The position numbers were made by a program, and so were the translations under genes. From a virus: 64,000 bases of DNA. Shown one piece after another: positions 29,708 through 37,630 of this stretch. Location of the stretch: the IMG/VR virus record IMGVR_UViG_3300048837_000984, positions 64,001 through 128,000 of that record. The stretch is one strand, 5' to 3'. Under the pieces are notes generated by a model. That model had not been told where the DNA came from. It worked only from the letters and a program-made list of their open reading frames with translations, and did not search any database. Position 1 is the first letter of the stretch. Every line of letters begins with the position of its first letter.

Positions 29708-30187
29708 TTACAGAGAATCAACAGGAAGCTTCTTAGCCTCCTCTGCCTTCTTTTCCGCAACAGCGTAGAAGGCCTCTGCGGCCTCGTACGCCTCGAAAAT
29801 CAGTGATTCGTGCCGCCGACCCTGGCTCTGTCCGCTGGCAAAGCCAGCCACAAAGATCTGCGAGGCCAGCTGGTTAATCGCCACCTGACGCTCGTGTGCT
29901 TGGTAGTTGGGCGGGGTTAGAAACCGGTGCATGCACGCGGCCGATTCTGCCTTCGTCATGGGCACGATCTCGTATTCACCGACATGTGTGGTATCAAATT
30001 GTCCGTCCCAGAACCGCGGGTCCGTGATAACCTTTTCAAGCCAGGGCAACATGGCCCGCCGAGCTTCTGGAAGTTGATCCGTCCGAAGACCTTTTGTGCC
30101 CGTCAGGTGTTCGATGTCCTTGACGATGTCTCTCGTGTCCGTGTGCAGCCGACCGGTCGTCAGGTTCCGGAGACGCTGAATGTCCAT
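29708..30187 (-). CDS. phage hypothetical protein
   Basis: MDIQRLRNLTTGRLHT; RBS immediately after the palindromic motif. Confidence 0.7.
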   Translation of the reverse strand: MDIQRLRNLTTGRLHTDTRDIVKDIEHLTGTKGLRTDQLPEARRAMLPWLEKVITDPRFWDGQFDTTHVGEYEIVPMTKAESAACMHRFLTPPNYQAHERQVAINQLASQIFVAGFASGQSQGRRHESLIFEAYEAAEAFYAVAEKKAEEAKKLPVDSL

Positions 30188-30223
30188 CTGGCTACTCCTT
30201 ACTTAATTTTTAAGTGACTTCAA

Positions 30224-30330
30224 CGCTAAGGCCCCTAGAATCGCTTTTAACGAGTCTAGGGGCCTAAGACATCAAATCTATCTACCTACCTGATCGAAGG
30301 CCCGCAGAATCAATTCTAGGGGCCTTAGCG
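30224..30330. repeat. nested inverted repeats (4 copies of an AAGGCCCCTAGAAT-like unit)
   Basis: 18-bp perfect terminal IR CGCTAAGGCCCCTAGAAT (30224-30241 / 30313-30330) plus internal copies at about 30255-30268 and 30298-30310. Confidence 0.7.
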
Positions 30331-30337
30331 TCGATGC

Positions 30338-30556
30338 TCAGGGCAACAAAGGCGAAGCATCCGCAGAACCCTTCCGGATTGCCCCGATTCGGACCAGGGT
30401 CACGAACTCCCATTCCGTAAGCTTCTGACCGTTGCGAACTCGACCCTGGATCACGCGACGGCTACTTCCCGCCGCCGCAACAGCCGTCTCGTAAGTCTCG
30501 TAAGGCCCCCAAACGTATCGCTGGGGACCGGTACTGTCGACTACGTAAAACATCAC
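30338..30556 (-). CDS. hypothetical protein
   Basis: 72 aa, GTGA coupling to the upstream gene. Confidence 0.55.
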   Translation of the reverse strand: MMFYVVDSTGPQRYVWGPYETYETAVAAAGSSRRVIQGRVRNGQKLTEWEFVTLVRIGAIRKGSADASPLLP

Positions 30557-31308
30557 TCTTCCCCGACCACGAGCTTGTTGACCGAGATGCCGAGGGCATT
30601 TGCGATCGGGACCAGCTTGGAAACGTGAAGCGATCGAAGCCCGAACTCAATCCGGCTCAGATCCGACGCACGAAGATCCACAGCCATGGCCAGCTCGAGC
30701 TGGGTCAGCCCAAGCATCTCCCGGTAGAACCGGATGCGATGCCCGATACCCATGCTTTCCGGACTTGCGTTATTGCTTCGCCCAGGCAATGGAGTCGGGT
30801 TCGCTTCCTGGAGAAACGTGTCCAGAGTGACGTTGAACAGCTGCGCGGCCTTGACCGCAGATGCCCAGGTAGGTCCGGATCGACCACATTCCAGCCGACT
30901 GTACTTGACCATGGAAAATCCGAGCTTGGCTGCGGTTTCGACCTGGGTCATCCGGGCCGTTAACCGCAGCTCTCGAAGCTTTGCCGAGAACCGGGCATTG
31001 ACGCCGAGATCCACCTCAGCCAGGCCTTTTCGCTTTCTACGTCGCTTTGCCGAGATCGACGTAACATCTTCCTCTGCCTTGACTTCCTGTTTGACAGACT
31101 CTTCCGTTTCCATGAGCTCTTTGGCTGAGATACCGAGAGCTGCGCACAGCCGTGTCGCCTCGTCAGGGCCGGGAAGGCAATAGCCGTACTCCCAGCGATA
31201 GATGGACCCTTTGCCGACCCGGGCTTCTGTTGCCAGACGGGTCTGACTCAGGCCAGACCGTGACCGGAGTTTTCGAAGTCTCTCTGCGAACTTTAGATGC
31301 GGTCTCAT
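30553..31308 (-). CDS. XRE/Cro-C1 regulator with three tandem HTH domains
   Basis: Three repeats: LRKLRSRSGLSQ..LA...WEYG; LRELRLTARMTQ...LECG; IRFYREMLGLTQ.ELA...IEFG. Confidence 0.85.
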   Translation of the reverse strand: MRPHLKFAERLRKLRSRSGLSQTRLATEARVGKGSIYRWEYGYCLPGPDEATRLCAALGISAKELMETEESVKQEVKAEEDVTSISAKRRRKRKGLAEVDLGVNARFSAKLRELRLTARMTQVETAAKLGFSMVKYSRLECGRSGPTWASAVKAAQLFNVTLDTFLQEANPTPLPGRSNNASPESMGIGHRIRFYREMLGLTQLELAMAVDLRASDLSRIEFGLRSLHVSKLVPIANALGISVNKLVVGEE

Positions 31309-31760
31309 CCGTCCTCCCGTTCTCCCAGCGCCTTGCCGATCCGACGAGATCGACGAATTTGTTGCTCGGCAAGCCGGTTGGCTTGCAACTGTTGATTCAC
31401 TACGACCTGCTCTCGCAAGGAGAGCTCTTCCACCGGAGTGGACTTCAGATGGTCATCGGCCTTGCGATACTGTCGCAATGCCTTCTTCGTATGACTCTGC
31501 GGAAGATCCCGAATCTGTTCCGAGATCTCGGCGAGCTTGTAAGCTACGCCACGGACACACTTTAGGGAAATACCTCGCTCATCCTTGAGCCGCACTCTCA
31601 ACTTCGTGATGACATGGTTCCAGGAACCATGTCGACGTCGCATGCCCGCCAGTCGTTCGATGACGGTGTAGCGAACCAGCTTGCCGCGGTCAAGCGCCAG
31701 CGTGTACTGCCAGAGCGCCTCCACCGCTTTGGTGATTCTCTCACTCTTTGGGATAAGCAC
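31305..31760 (-). CDS. hypothetical protein directly downstream of the GGY-NN array (candidate accessory gene)
   Basis: GTG start at 31760 after GGAGG; the longer ORF call to 31991 only translates the array. Confidence 0.7.
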   Translation of the reverse strand: MLIPKSERITKAVEALWQYTLALDRGKLVRYTVIERLAGMRRRHGSWNHVITKLRVRLKDERGISLKCVRGVAYKLAEISEQIRDLPQSHTKKALRQYRKADDHLKSTPVEELSLREQVVVNQQLQANRLAEQQIRRSRRIGKALGEREDG

Positions 31761-31783
31761 CGATACCCTCCACAAAAGAAACA

Positions 31784-32142
31784 CCCATCCGCCGTCAGGA
31801 GGATGGGTCCTTGCCTCGCCGCGCCGTACCGGACCGGACCTGGCCTTGCCCAACCCGGCCAAGAAAATACCCACGTGACCAGTTAAGGGAACGTGGGTCC
31901 GGACCATACCTCGCATCGCCAAGCCCCGCCTTGCCTTGCCCTGCCGCGCTACGTTAAACGCAGTCAGTAAAGGCCTTGCGGAAATACCCACTCGACAGTT
32001 TCCTGGAGAGTGGGTCCGAGCCGTACCGAGCCTAGCCGCGCCTTGCCATGCCGAACCCTGCCATACTTAGCCAAGAAAGTGCCTACCTGACGGTTTCCCG
32101 TAAGGTAGGCCCAGACCACACCAAGCCCCACCACACCTAACC
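31784..32142 (-). ncRNA. Array of four (GGY-NN)n + hairpin units; candidate guide RNAs for the adjacent RAMP protein (VIPR-like)
   Basis: Unit1: 6 pentamers 32113-32142, hairpin 32081-32110. Unit2: 11 pentamers 32018-32072, hairpin 31987-32014. Unit3: 10 pentamers 31901-31950, hairpin 31870-31897. Unit4: 10 pentamers 31811-31860, hairpin 31784-31807. U-rich linkers (actttct, tatttc, tattttct, tgtttctttt). Confidence 0.85.
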
Positions 32143-32150
32143 TGGTGCAA

Positions 32151-32819
32151 TCAGCTCAAGGTGACTTCAAACTGGCCCCACGGCCCTGGCGTCGGACAGC
32201 CGGGGCGCCAGTCACCGAGACCCTTCTTACCGGCCTCAGCAAAGATCGCTTCGATTGCCGTTGGAGTCAGGACATCTTCGTTGATGATCTGCAGCTCTCC
32301 AGTCACCGCCCATGCCGTAAACTGTGGCCGCACACGGACATGCTTCGATTTGTTCGAAATCTTTGCCCGCTTAACGAAGAGCTTGAAGCCCATCTTGGCA
32401 ATAGCTGACTGGTGCTTTGGAAACACATCGTCGGGGCTGTCTCCCAGGTCTCGCAGCTTGAGGATCGGCTTGATCGGGATCTGCTTACCGCTGATGGTAA
32501 ACTTCAGGTGCTCGTCCGGGATGAAGAGGCCCGACTGCGACGCTTCCTTGAGCGTCTTACCGCGAGTACCTGGGATCGGGATGGTTGCTCCCGCTTGGCG
32601 CAAGCAGGAAGAGAGATTGTCAGCCGGCATGCTGATGTGCGTGCCGTCGTGGTAGAGACATCCAAGCCAGGACCACGGTGGCGAGCGGTCGTCGCCCTTC
32701 TTGGTAATCTCTTTCGGTGCCGCCGCACGAAATCGCGACAGCTCGTCCGAAAAGTCGATGTTGTCCGCGTGCATCAGCATGTCGGTCCGCCCGCGGCAAA
32801 CGAATCTCACCGTACGCAT
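32151..32819 (-). CDS. RAMP/Cas7-like protein
   Basis: N-terminal strand V.FVCRG...MLMH; helix MPADNLSSCLRQAG; RVRPQF..W; C-terminal Gly-rich loop AGKKGLGDWRP...GPWGQF typical of RAMP G-loops. Confidence 0.75.
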   Translation of the reverse strand: MRTVRFVCRGRTDMLMHADNIDFSDELSRFRAAAPKEITKKGDDRSPPWSWLGCLYHDGTHISMPADNLSSCLRQAGATIPIPGTRGKTLKEASQSGLFIPDEHLKFTISGKQIPIKPILKLRDLGDSPDDVFPKHQSAIAKMGFKLFVKRAKISNKSKHVRVRPQFTAWAVTGELQIINEDVLTPTAIEAIFAEAGKKGLGDWRPGCPTPGPWGQFEVTLS

Positions 32820-32831
32820 AGTTCGTTCCTT

Positions 32832-33053
32832 TCACTTGATAAACGCTTCCAGACTGACTTTGAGAGCGTTAGCTAGACATACCGCGGTAGCCAGCGAAGG
32901 TCCCCAGAGACCGTCTTCTAGACCGCGGATCGTTTGAAGGGTGATTCCAGATAACTTGTGAAGTTTCTGCTGCGTTAAACCAGCGTCGATCCGAAACTTC
33001 GCCAGCCGTTCACTGAAGAGTGAGTCGATTTCCTTCTTACGCTCGTGCGTCAT
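32832..33053 (-). CDS. XRE family HTH regulator
   Basis: LAKFRIDAGLTQQKL...TIRGLEDG..GPSLAT. Confidence 0.85.
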   Translation of the reverse strand: MTHERKKEIDSLFSERLAKFRIDAGLTQQKLHKLSGITLQTIRGLEDGLWGPSLATAVCLANALKVSLEAFIK

Positions 33054-33366
33054 AGAGCTCCGACAGTTTTCGTAAAACCAGTTCCGGCACCACGTAAGGG
33101 TCGCAGTCGATTGCCCAGGCCGTGCCCGTGCCCGTGCCCGAGATGCCGTACCACTCTGTGTCCTCGTAGGAATAGACTATCGCCTCGGCATAGTCGTCTC
33201 CTGCCTCCCAGGTCAGGTAGAACTCGTCGAGGCCGACCTCGTAATAGAAGGGGGAAAAACCAACTTCTCCGAACAACTCCTCAGACCACAGGAAAAGAAA
33301 GGAGACACGGTTGGCGAGCTCTTGCCCGAGGTGCTCTCGTAACTCCGGACTAATGAGTCGATGCAC
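33037..33366 (-). CDS. acidic aromatic-rich hypothetical protein
   Basis: Tiling ORF; start uncertain. Confidence 0.55.
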   Translation of the reverse strand: MHRLISPELREHLGQELANRVSFLFLWSEELFGEVGFSPFYYEVGLDEFYLTWEAGDDYAEAIVYSYEDTEWYGISGTGTGTAWAIDCDPYVVPELVLRKLSELYDARA

Positions 33367-33371
33367 GTGTA

Positions 33372-33776
33372 TCAGGCTCCCGAGAGAATGGTCCAGGCCC
33401 CGAACGAGTCTGGATCCCACAGGCCGCACGGCTCCAAGACATCCCTGACCGTGCGGATGGCATCCAGAACTTCCGCCGCGGTGATCTTAGTCGCGTCTTC
33501 GTCACCGCCGTTTAGGTAAACACAGCGAACTCCGACGTAGTACGTGTCCGGAGTGTGGTCTAGACCGGAGGCAACATCCAGGCCACGAAACTTGTCGCCG
33601 TCCAGCCCTTCGACCGCCACCTTGTAAACAATCTTGTAGGGCTTACCACAGTTCGGACAGAACCTGGGAGGGACCCGGTGAAGCTCACAGCCACACTCGG
33701 TCTCGGCCACCGGAACGATCTTGTCTGCGGCAACCGCACAGCCAATTATCGAGATGGCGTAGTAACGGTAACCCAC
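33372..33776 (-). CDS. Zn-ribbon hypothetical protein
   Basis: ECGC...FCPNCGKP. Confidence 0.65.
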   Translation of the reverse strand: MGYRYYAISIIGCAVAADKIVPVAETECGCELHRVPPRFCPNCGKPYKIVYKVAVEGLDGDKFRGLDVASGLDHTPDTYYVGVRCVYLNGGDEDATKITAAEVLDAIRTVRDVLEPCGLWDPDSFGAWTILSGA

Positions 33777-33973
33777 CCTTTTTGCCTCCTGTCTACTTAA
33801 AAATTAAGTCCCACCCCGAAAACGGCCAAACTACTGAACACTGTCCACCAGGTGGACAGCAGATCACTTTTTCGTTGTCACGTGTAAAACTGGTAAAGTT
33901 GCCGAGAGTTGAGTGGGACTTTTACAGAGAAATCTTACCCAGCGCGATAATCTTCCAGGAAGGTGACGCTGGT

Positions 33974-34516
33974 TCAACTTGCGTCGGAACTCTGGTCACC
34001 TTTTATGGCAGCCCGGCATCGAGCGCAGTAAACCTCTGGCTGAGGTTTTTCAGGTTTGCGCAGGAGACTCATCCAGCCCGGCTCTGACGCGTCAACTACG
34101 GACACCGGGACCGAGGGGGCAGCCTCCTTGTTGTGGAGACTCTTGTGTTGTCGCCGGATCAACCGGAACAACAGCTCGCGCTGTTGCAACCGCTCCTTGG
34201 CCCGCGGGTCACGCCAGTCCCGTGGGTACGGCGTCTGCGTGTATGGACCAGCGATGAAATGAAAGACCTTGGGCGGCGTTGTCGCACAGGGTTGCCAGAA
34301 AATCTTGTTCAGCCGTTGGATCTTGACCGTGACGAGCGGCGTGACTTCGAGACGATCGAACTTGTTATCGACCACGAACAGTTCCGGGTACGGTTGCGAC
34401 ATGACGTACGCCAGGACACGGTCGACCATGTCTCGGATGTCTGGCCAGGCTTCTTCAGCTTTCAGAATGGGAACCCGCATCCGGGTCAGTCTCAACATGT
34501 CTCGACTTGGAATCAT
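33974..34516 (-). CDS. hypothetical protein
   Basis: 180-aa ORF. Confidence 0.6.
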   Translation of the reverse strand: MIPSRDMLRLTRMRVPILKAEEAWPDIRDMVDRVLAYVMSQPYPELFVVDNKFDRLEVTPLVTVKIQRLNKIFWQPCATTPPKVFHFIAGPYTQTPYPRDWRDPRAKERLQQRELLFRLIRRQHKSLHNKEAAPSVPVSVVDASEPGWMSLLRKPEKPQPEVYCARCRAAIKGDQSSDAS

Positions 34517-34540
34517 AGAAACACTCCTCGTAAAAGGTCT

Positions 34541-35293
34541 TCAGGTAAGAACCTCTACACCAGTCTCTGTCACCAGGACCGTGTGTTCGTATTGCGCCGA
34601 CAGGGATCCGTCCACTGTTCTCACCGTCCACTTGTCAACCTTGTCGACAACAACCTCAGCCAGGCCAACGTTGACGGACGGTTCGATCGTAAACGTCATC
34701 CCCGGCGCCATGGTCAGGATGCTCTCCCACACGACCGTGTGGTTGACCTGTGGCGGTTCATGGAAGGCAAGACCAACCCCATGCCCACAGAACTGGTGAA
34801 CCACCGAATACCCGTGGCGGTTGACGTGCGGCTCGATCGCCTTGCCGATGTTGCTGAAGTACGCGTACGGCTTGACTTGCCGAATCCCCATTTGTAAGGC
34901 CTGCTCGGCTACCGACAACAATCTGCGAGCCTCGTCTGAAATGTCTCCGACGGCGAACGTTGTGCTTGTGTCTCCGTAGTAACCGTTGAGCACGGTCGTC
35001 ACGTCGATGTTGACGATGTCTCCTTCCTTGAGAACGTACTCCGACGGGATGCCATGGCACACCACTTCGTTGACCGAGATGCAAGTCGCAGCTGGAAACC
35101 CCTGATAACCCTTGGGAGCCGGAATGGCTTTGTTATCCGTGATGTAGGCCTCTAGCAAGTCGTTAAGGTGTCTGGTCGTAACACCCGGCAAGACGTGCGG
35201 CTCGATAAACTCTAGGCAAGATCTGGCCAGGCGACAACTCTTGCGGATCCCATCGATCTGTTCCGGCGTCTTTATCAACATGGGTGTCTGCAT
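34541..35293 (-). CDS. map: type I methionine aminopeptidase
   Basis: CISVNEVVCHGIP, GDIVNIDVT, GYYGDTS, FCGHGVG..FHEPP, FTIEP, SAQYEHTVLVT. Confidence 0.97.
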   Translation of the reverse strand: MQTPMLIKTPEQIDGIRKSCRLARSCLEFIEPHVLPGVTTRHLNDLLEAYITDNKAIPAPKGYQGFPAATCISVNEVVCHGIPSEYVLKEGDIVNIDVTTVLNGYYGDTSTTFAVGDISDEARRLLSVAEQALQMGIRQVKPYAYFSNIGKAIEPHVNRHGYSVVHQFCGHGVGLAFHEPPQVNHTVVWESILTMAPGMTFTIEPSVNVGLAEVVVDKVDKWTVRTVDGSLSAQYEHTVLVTETGVEVLT

Positions 35294-35311
35294 GGGTGAC
35301 CTCTAGAAGTG

Positions 35312-35342
35312 GAAACACCGCAGTTAGTGACTGCGGTGTTTC
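35312..35342. terminator. 13-bp stem hairpin
   Basis: GAAACACCGCAGT-tagtg-ACTGCGGTGTTTC, intergenic. Confidence 0.6.
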
Positions 35343-35355
35343 TGACCATCGCCGG

Positions 35356-36108
35356 TCAGCGTTCGACAAGGAATGTTAAGATTTTGGTCGCCTTCAAGTC
35401 AAACCGCGTGAGGTAGGCTTGTACCGCTTCTTTGGTGACGATATCTCCGACGAGCAGGTTTGCCCGGTCAGCCGCTTTCTTGTACAGACCTGCATTCGCA
35501 GCATTGTAGTTTTCGTAAACACCGAGAACCGCGTCAGTGTTGTCCGATCTAATGCCGACCAGAAGGCAGACATGTGTGAGTTCGTTCGTTGTTGAGCCCT
35601 CGCCGACAGCCTCAGCGGTTGTCTCTGGCGCCGACGGTACTCCGGGTCTCGAGTCATCTGCCGAAGAAAGGAGCTCGATGATCGGGACGTTGAGCGCTTC
35701 GGCTAGGGCACAGATGTCGTAAAACTCTGGGTACTGCTCGTCCTCCTCAACTCGGCTCAGGTCGTAGGAGATGATACCGGGTATCTCCCCGAGTTCTTCC
35801 ACAGTTCGACCGTCTTGCTCCCGGAGCTGCTTGAGTCGGCGTGCCAGGTGCGTCTTGGGTTTTTTTGCCTCTGGCTCTTCTTCGGGTTCGTTGTCCACCG
35901 GCACGACGAAGACCCCATAGTCTTTGAAGCCTTCCGACTCGAGGTATGCCCTTACGGGATCTCTCCGCATGTCGAATTCACCTTGCCGGTCCCGCCAAGC
36001 CGACACCAGCTTCTGCATGTACTCACGGGCCTTGGCATCAGACGAGAAGTAGCCCTTGGTCACTGCGCCACCGTCCAACAAGAAGTCCAGCTTGTAAACC
36101 GTTTCCAT
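35356..36108 (-). CDS. multi-domain protein with central XRE HTH
   Basis: LARRLKQLREQDGRTVEELG...LSRVEED..YP.F..I.ALAEALNVPI. Confidence 0.7.
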   Translation of the reverse strand: METVYKLDFLLDGGAVTKGYFSSDAKAREYMQKLVSAWRDRQGEFDMRRDPVRAYLESEGFKDYGVFVVPVDNEPEEEPEAKKPKTHLARRLKQLREQDGRTVEELGEIPGIISYDLSRVEEDEQYPEFYDICALAEALNVPIIELLSSADDSRPGVPSAPETTAEAVGEGSTTNELTHVCLLVGIRSDNTDAVLGVYENYNAANAGLYKKAADRANLLVGDIVTKEAVQAYLTRFDLKATKILTFLVER

Positions 36109-36110
36109 CT

Positions 36111-36386
36111 TTACTCCTTTTCGTTGATCATCGCCAGATTGTTGGGCGTTAGATAGTCGCCCGCGATCCATTCAGGCTTGAACGTCTTGTTGAGGTACAA
36201 GATCGCCAGGTTTCGGTCATCGAACGTCTTTATCGTTCCGTCGTCCTCTCTCAGGAACTTGTCGTCATCGTATCCGTACGTGTGTTCCGTGACTCGGACT
36301 ACGCGTAACTTGCCATCATCCAGATAGATCCTGAAATGCTCTTCCACTGTAACCTCCAAAAGATAGAGCCGTGACTTAGCTGTCAC
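36111..36386 (-). CDS. hypothetical protein
   Basis: 91 aa. Confidence 0.6.
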   Translation of the reverse strand: MTAKSRLYLLEVTVEEHFRIYLDDGKLRVVRVTEHTYGYDDDKFLREDDGTIKTFDDRNLAILYLNKTFKPEWIAGDYLTPNNLAMINEKE

Positions 36387-36412
36387 GGCTCTATCAATTG
36401 ACTAAAGAACTG

Positions 36413-36682
36413 TCACCAGTTCTTAAACTTGTTTTCCACACGGCCCTGCAAGTGAATCGCATACTTTGCAAGCCAACCGTTGGAGAAGTTGTAAGACTTG
36501 TGCTTCTCCGTTTCCCGCACCATCTCTTCCATTTCACCAGGCGTGACATAGTCCCTCATCAGCAGGTACAGCAGGCACACCAGTCGATTTTCCGACCCCA
36601 TGGCTCCGGATGCTTCCCGGAGATCCTCAGTTTTTTCCTCATCAAACGTCATCAACACGACTCCATAGACTCCTTGTTGCAA
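36413..36682 (-). CDS. phage hypothetical protein
   Basis: LYLLMRDYVTPG...FSNGWLAKYA. Confidence 0.65.
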   Translation of the reverse strand: MQQGVYGVVLMTFDEEKTEDLREASGAMGSENRLVCLLYLLMRDYVTPGEMEEMVRETEKHKSYNFSNGWLAKYAIHLQGRVENKFKNW

Positions 36683-36744
36683 GTGTTAACGCTTGTGTAC
36701 CTTACCGCAACCGTTGCGATCAACACAAGGCTCGCTCTCGCCAA

Positions 36745-36981
36745 TCACGTAGGGAAGGGCAGCTGAAGCTGTCTCGACAGCTGAACGATTTGGGCTAGCT
36801 TATCTTCGATAGGAAGGTCCGAGTTGGAGACCTCCTCAATCTTCGTCGCAGTTCTCTGCACCGTCTCCAGCAGGAGAGCAACCTTCTGCGGAAGCGTCGG
36901 GTAGCGACCCTTGACGTCCGCAACGTGTCCCAGGATGTTTGCCGCATGCTGAGTCGCAGCGGCCACAAGCAGTTCCTTCAT
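36745..36981 (-). CDS. hypothetical helical protein
   Basis: 78 aa. Confidence 0.55.
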   Translation of the reverse strand: MKELLVAAATQHAANILGHVADVKGRYPTLPQKVALLLETVQRTATKIEEVSNSDLPIEDKLAQIVQLSRQLQLPFPT

Positions 36982-37480
36982 CTTCGCCCTCCAGAACTAC
37001 CCAGGCTCCAACCAGGGTCTTACCGTTACGCCGAAGAATCGGCGCGTCCTCTTGAACTACAACGTTCTCCGGCAAAGATTCTCGAGCCTGCGCGATCGCC
37101 AGGCCGACTTTATCTTTAAGTGCCACCTCAGCTCGCTTGACCAGCTCCGCTAGAGTGTCGGCAGTCTGCCCAGGCGGCAGAAGAGACTGCAAGTAGCAAA
37201 GCACTCGCAGGTCAGCAGCTGTCAGCGACACCCAGGACCTCTCTCGATCTACCGTCAGGCCGACCAGACTGATTGCGAACACTGCCTCGACGATCTTCTT
37301 GAAGACGGTGCGCTTGCGTTCCTCACCGAACGCGGTACCAGCAAGCGCGTTGACGACGGCCTCTCGGACTGAGATCAATCCCTGGGCCTCTTCCGGCATG
37401 TAGGCGCAAATGCGCTCTACGGCCTGACGAATCTCACTGACAATGAGACTCGCCCTAGCCTTCAATCGGCTTTCGTCCAT
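36836..37480 (-). CDS. hypothetical protein
   Basis: Start MDESRLK with GAGG RBS; the C-terminal tail overlaps the next gene. Confidence 0.6.
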   Translation of the reverse strand: MDESRLKARASLIVSEIRQAVERICAYMPEEAQGLISVREAVVNALAGTAFGEERKRTVFKKIVEAVFAISLVGLTVDRERSWVSLTAADLRVLCYLQSLLPPGQTADTLAELVKRAEVALKDKVGLAIAQARESLPENVVVQEDAPILRRNGKTLVGAWVVLEGEDEGTACGRCDSACGKHPGTRCGRQGSLPDASAEGCSPAGDGAENCDED

Positions 37481-37511
37481 GGTCACTACCTCAGAGTTGC
37501 GAAGGGGAAAT

Positions 37512-37584
37512 GTGTAGCTGCCGGAGTTGAACCGACTTCTCCAGGGGTTTATGAGCCCCTCATGGTACCGACCACCCAACTACA
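37512..37584 (-). tRNA. degenerate tRNA-like gene, anticodon CAT, 8-nt anticodon loop
   Basis: Acceptor TGTAGTT/AGCTACA, D stem GTGG/CCAT, anticodon stem AGGGG/CCCCT with loop CTCATAAA, T arm GTCGG-TTCAACT-CCGGC. Confidence 0.65.
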
Positions 37585-37630
37585 CACGGACAGCAGGTCA
37601 CCCCCATAGCAGCGCCTGCTGTCGCCTAGC

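Noticed and set aside
31761-31991. N-terminal extension of ORF 31305-31991 (ARQGKARRGLAMRG...)
   Set aside because: It is a translation of the GGY-NN array; a good RBS and GTG start exist at 31760.
31784-32142. CRISPR array or simple microsatellite interpretation
   Set aside because: There are no identical 23-50-bp direct repeats and no cas1/cas2. The variable NN with fixed GGY and regular hairpins does not fit slippage-generated repeats.
34133-34897. 254-aa alternative minus-strand ORF overlapping map
   Set aside because: It is an off-frame overlap of map and the 33974 gene, with shadow-like composition.
36836-36981. Cys-rich C-terminal tail of 36836-37480 as a distinct domain
   Set aside because: It overlaps the next gene by about 146 nt and looks like read-through into another frame.
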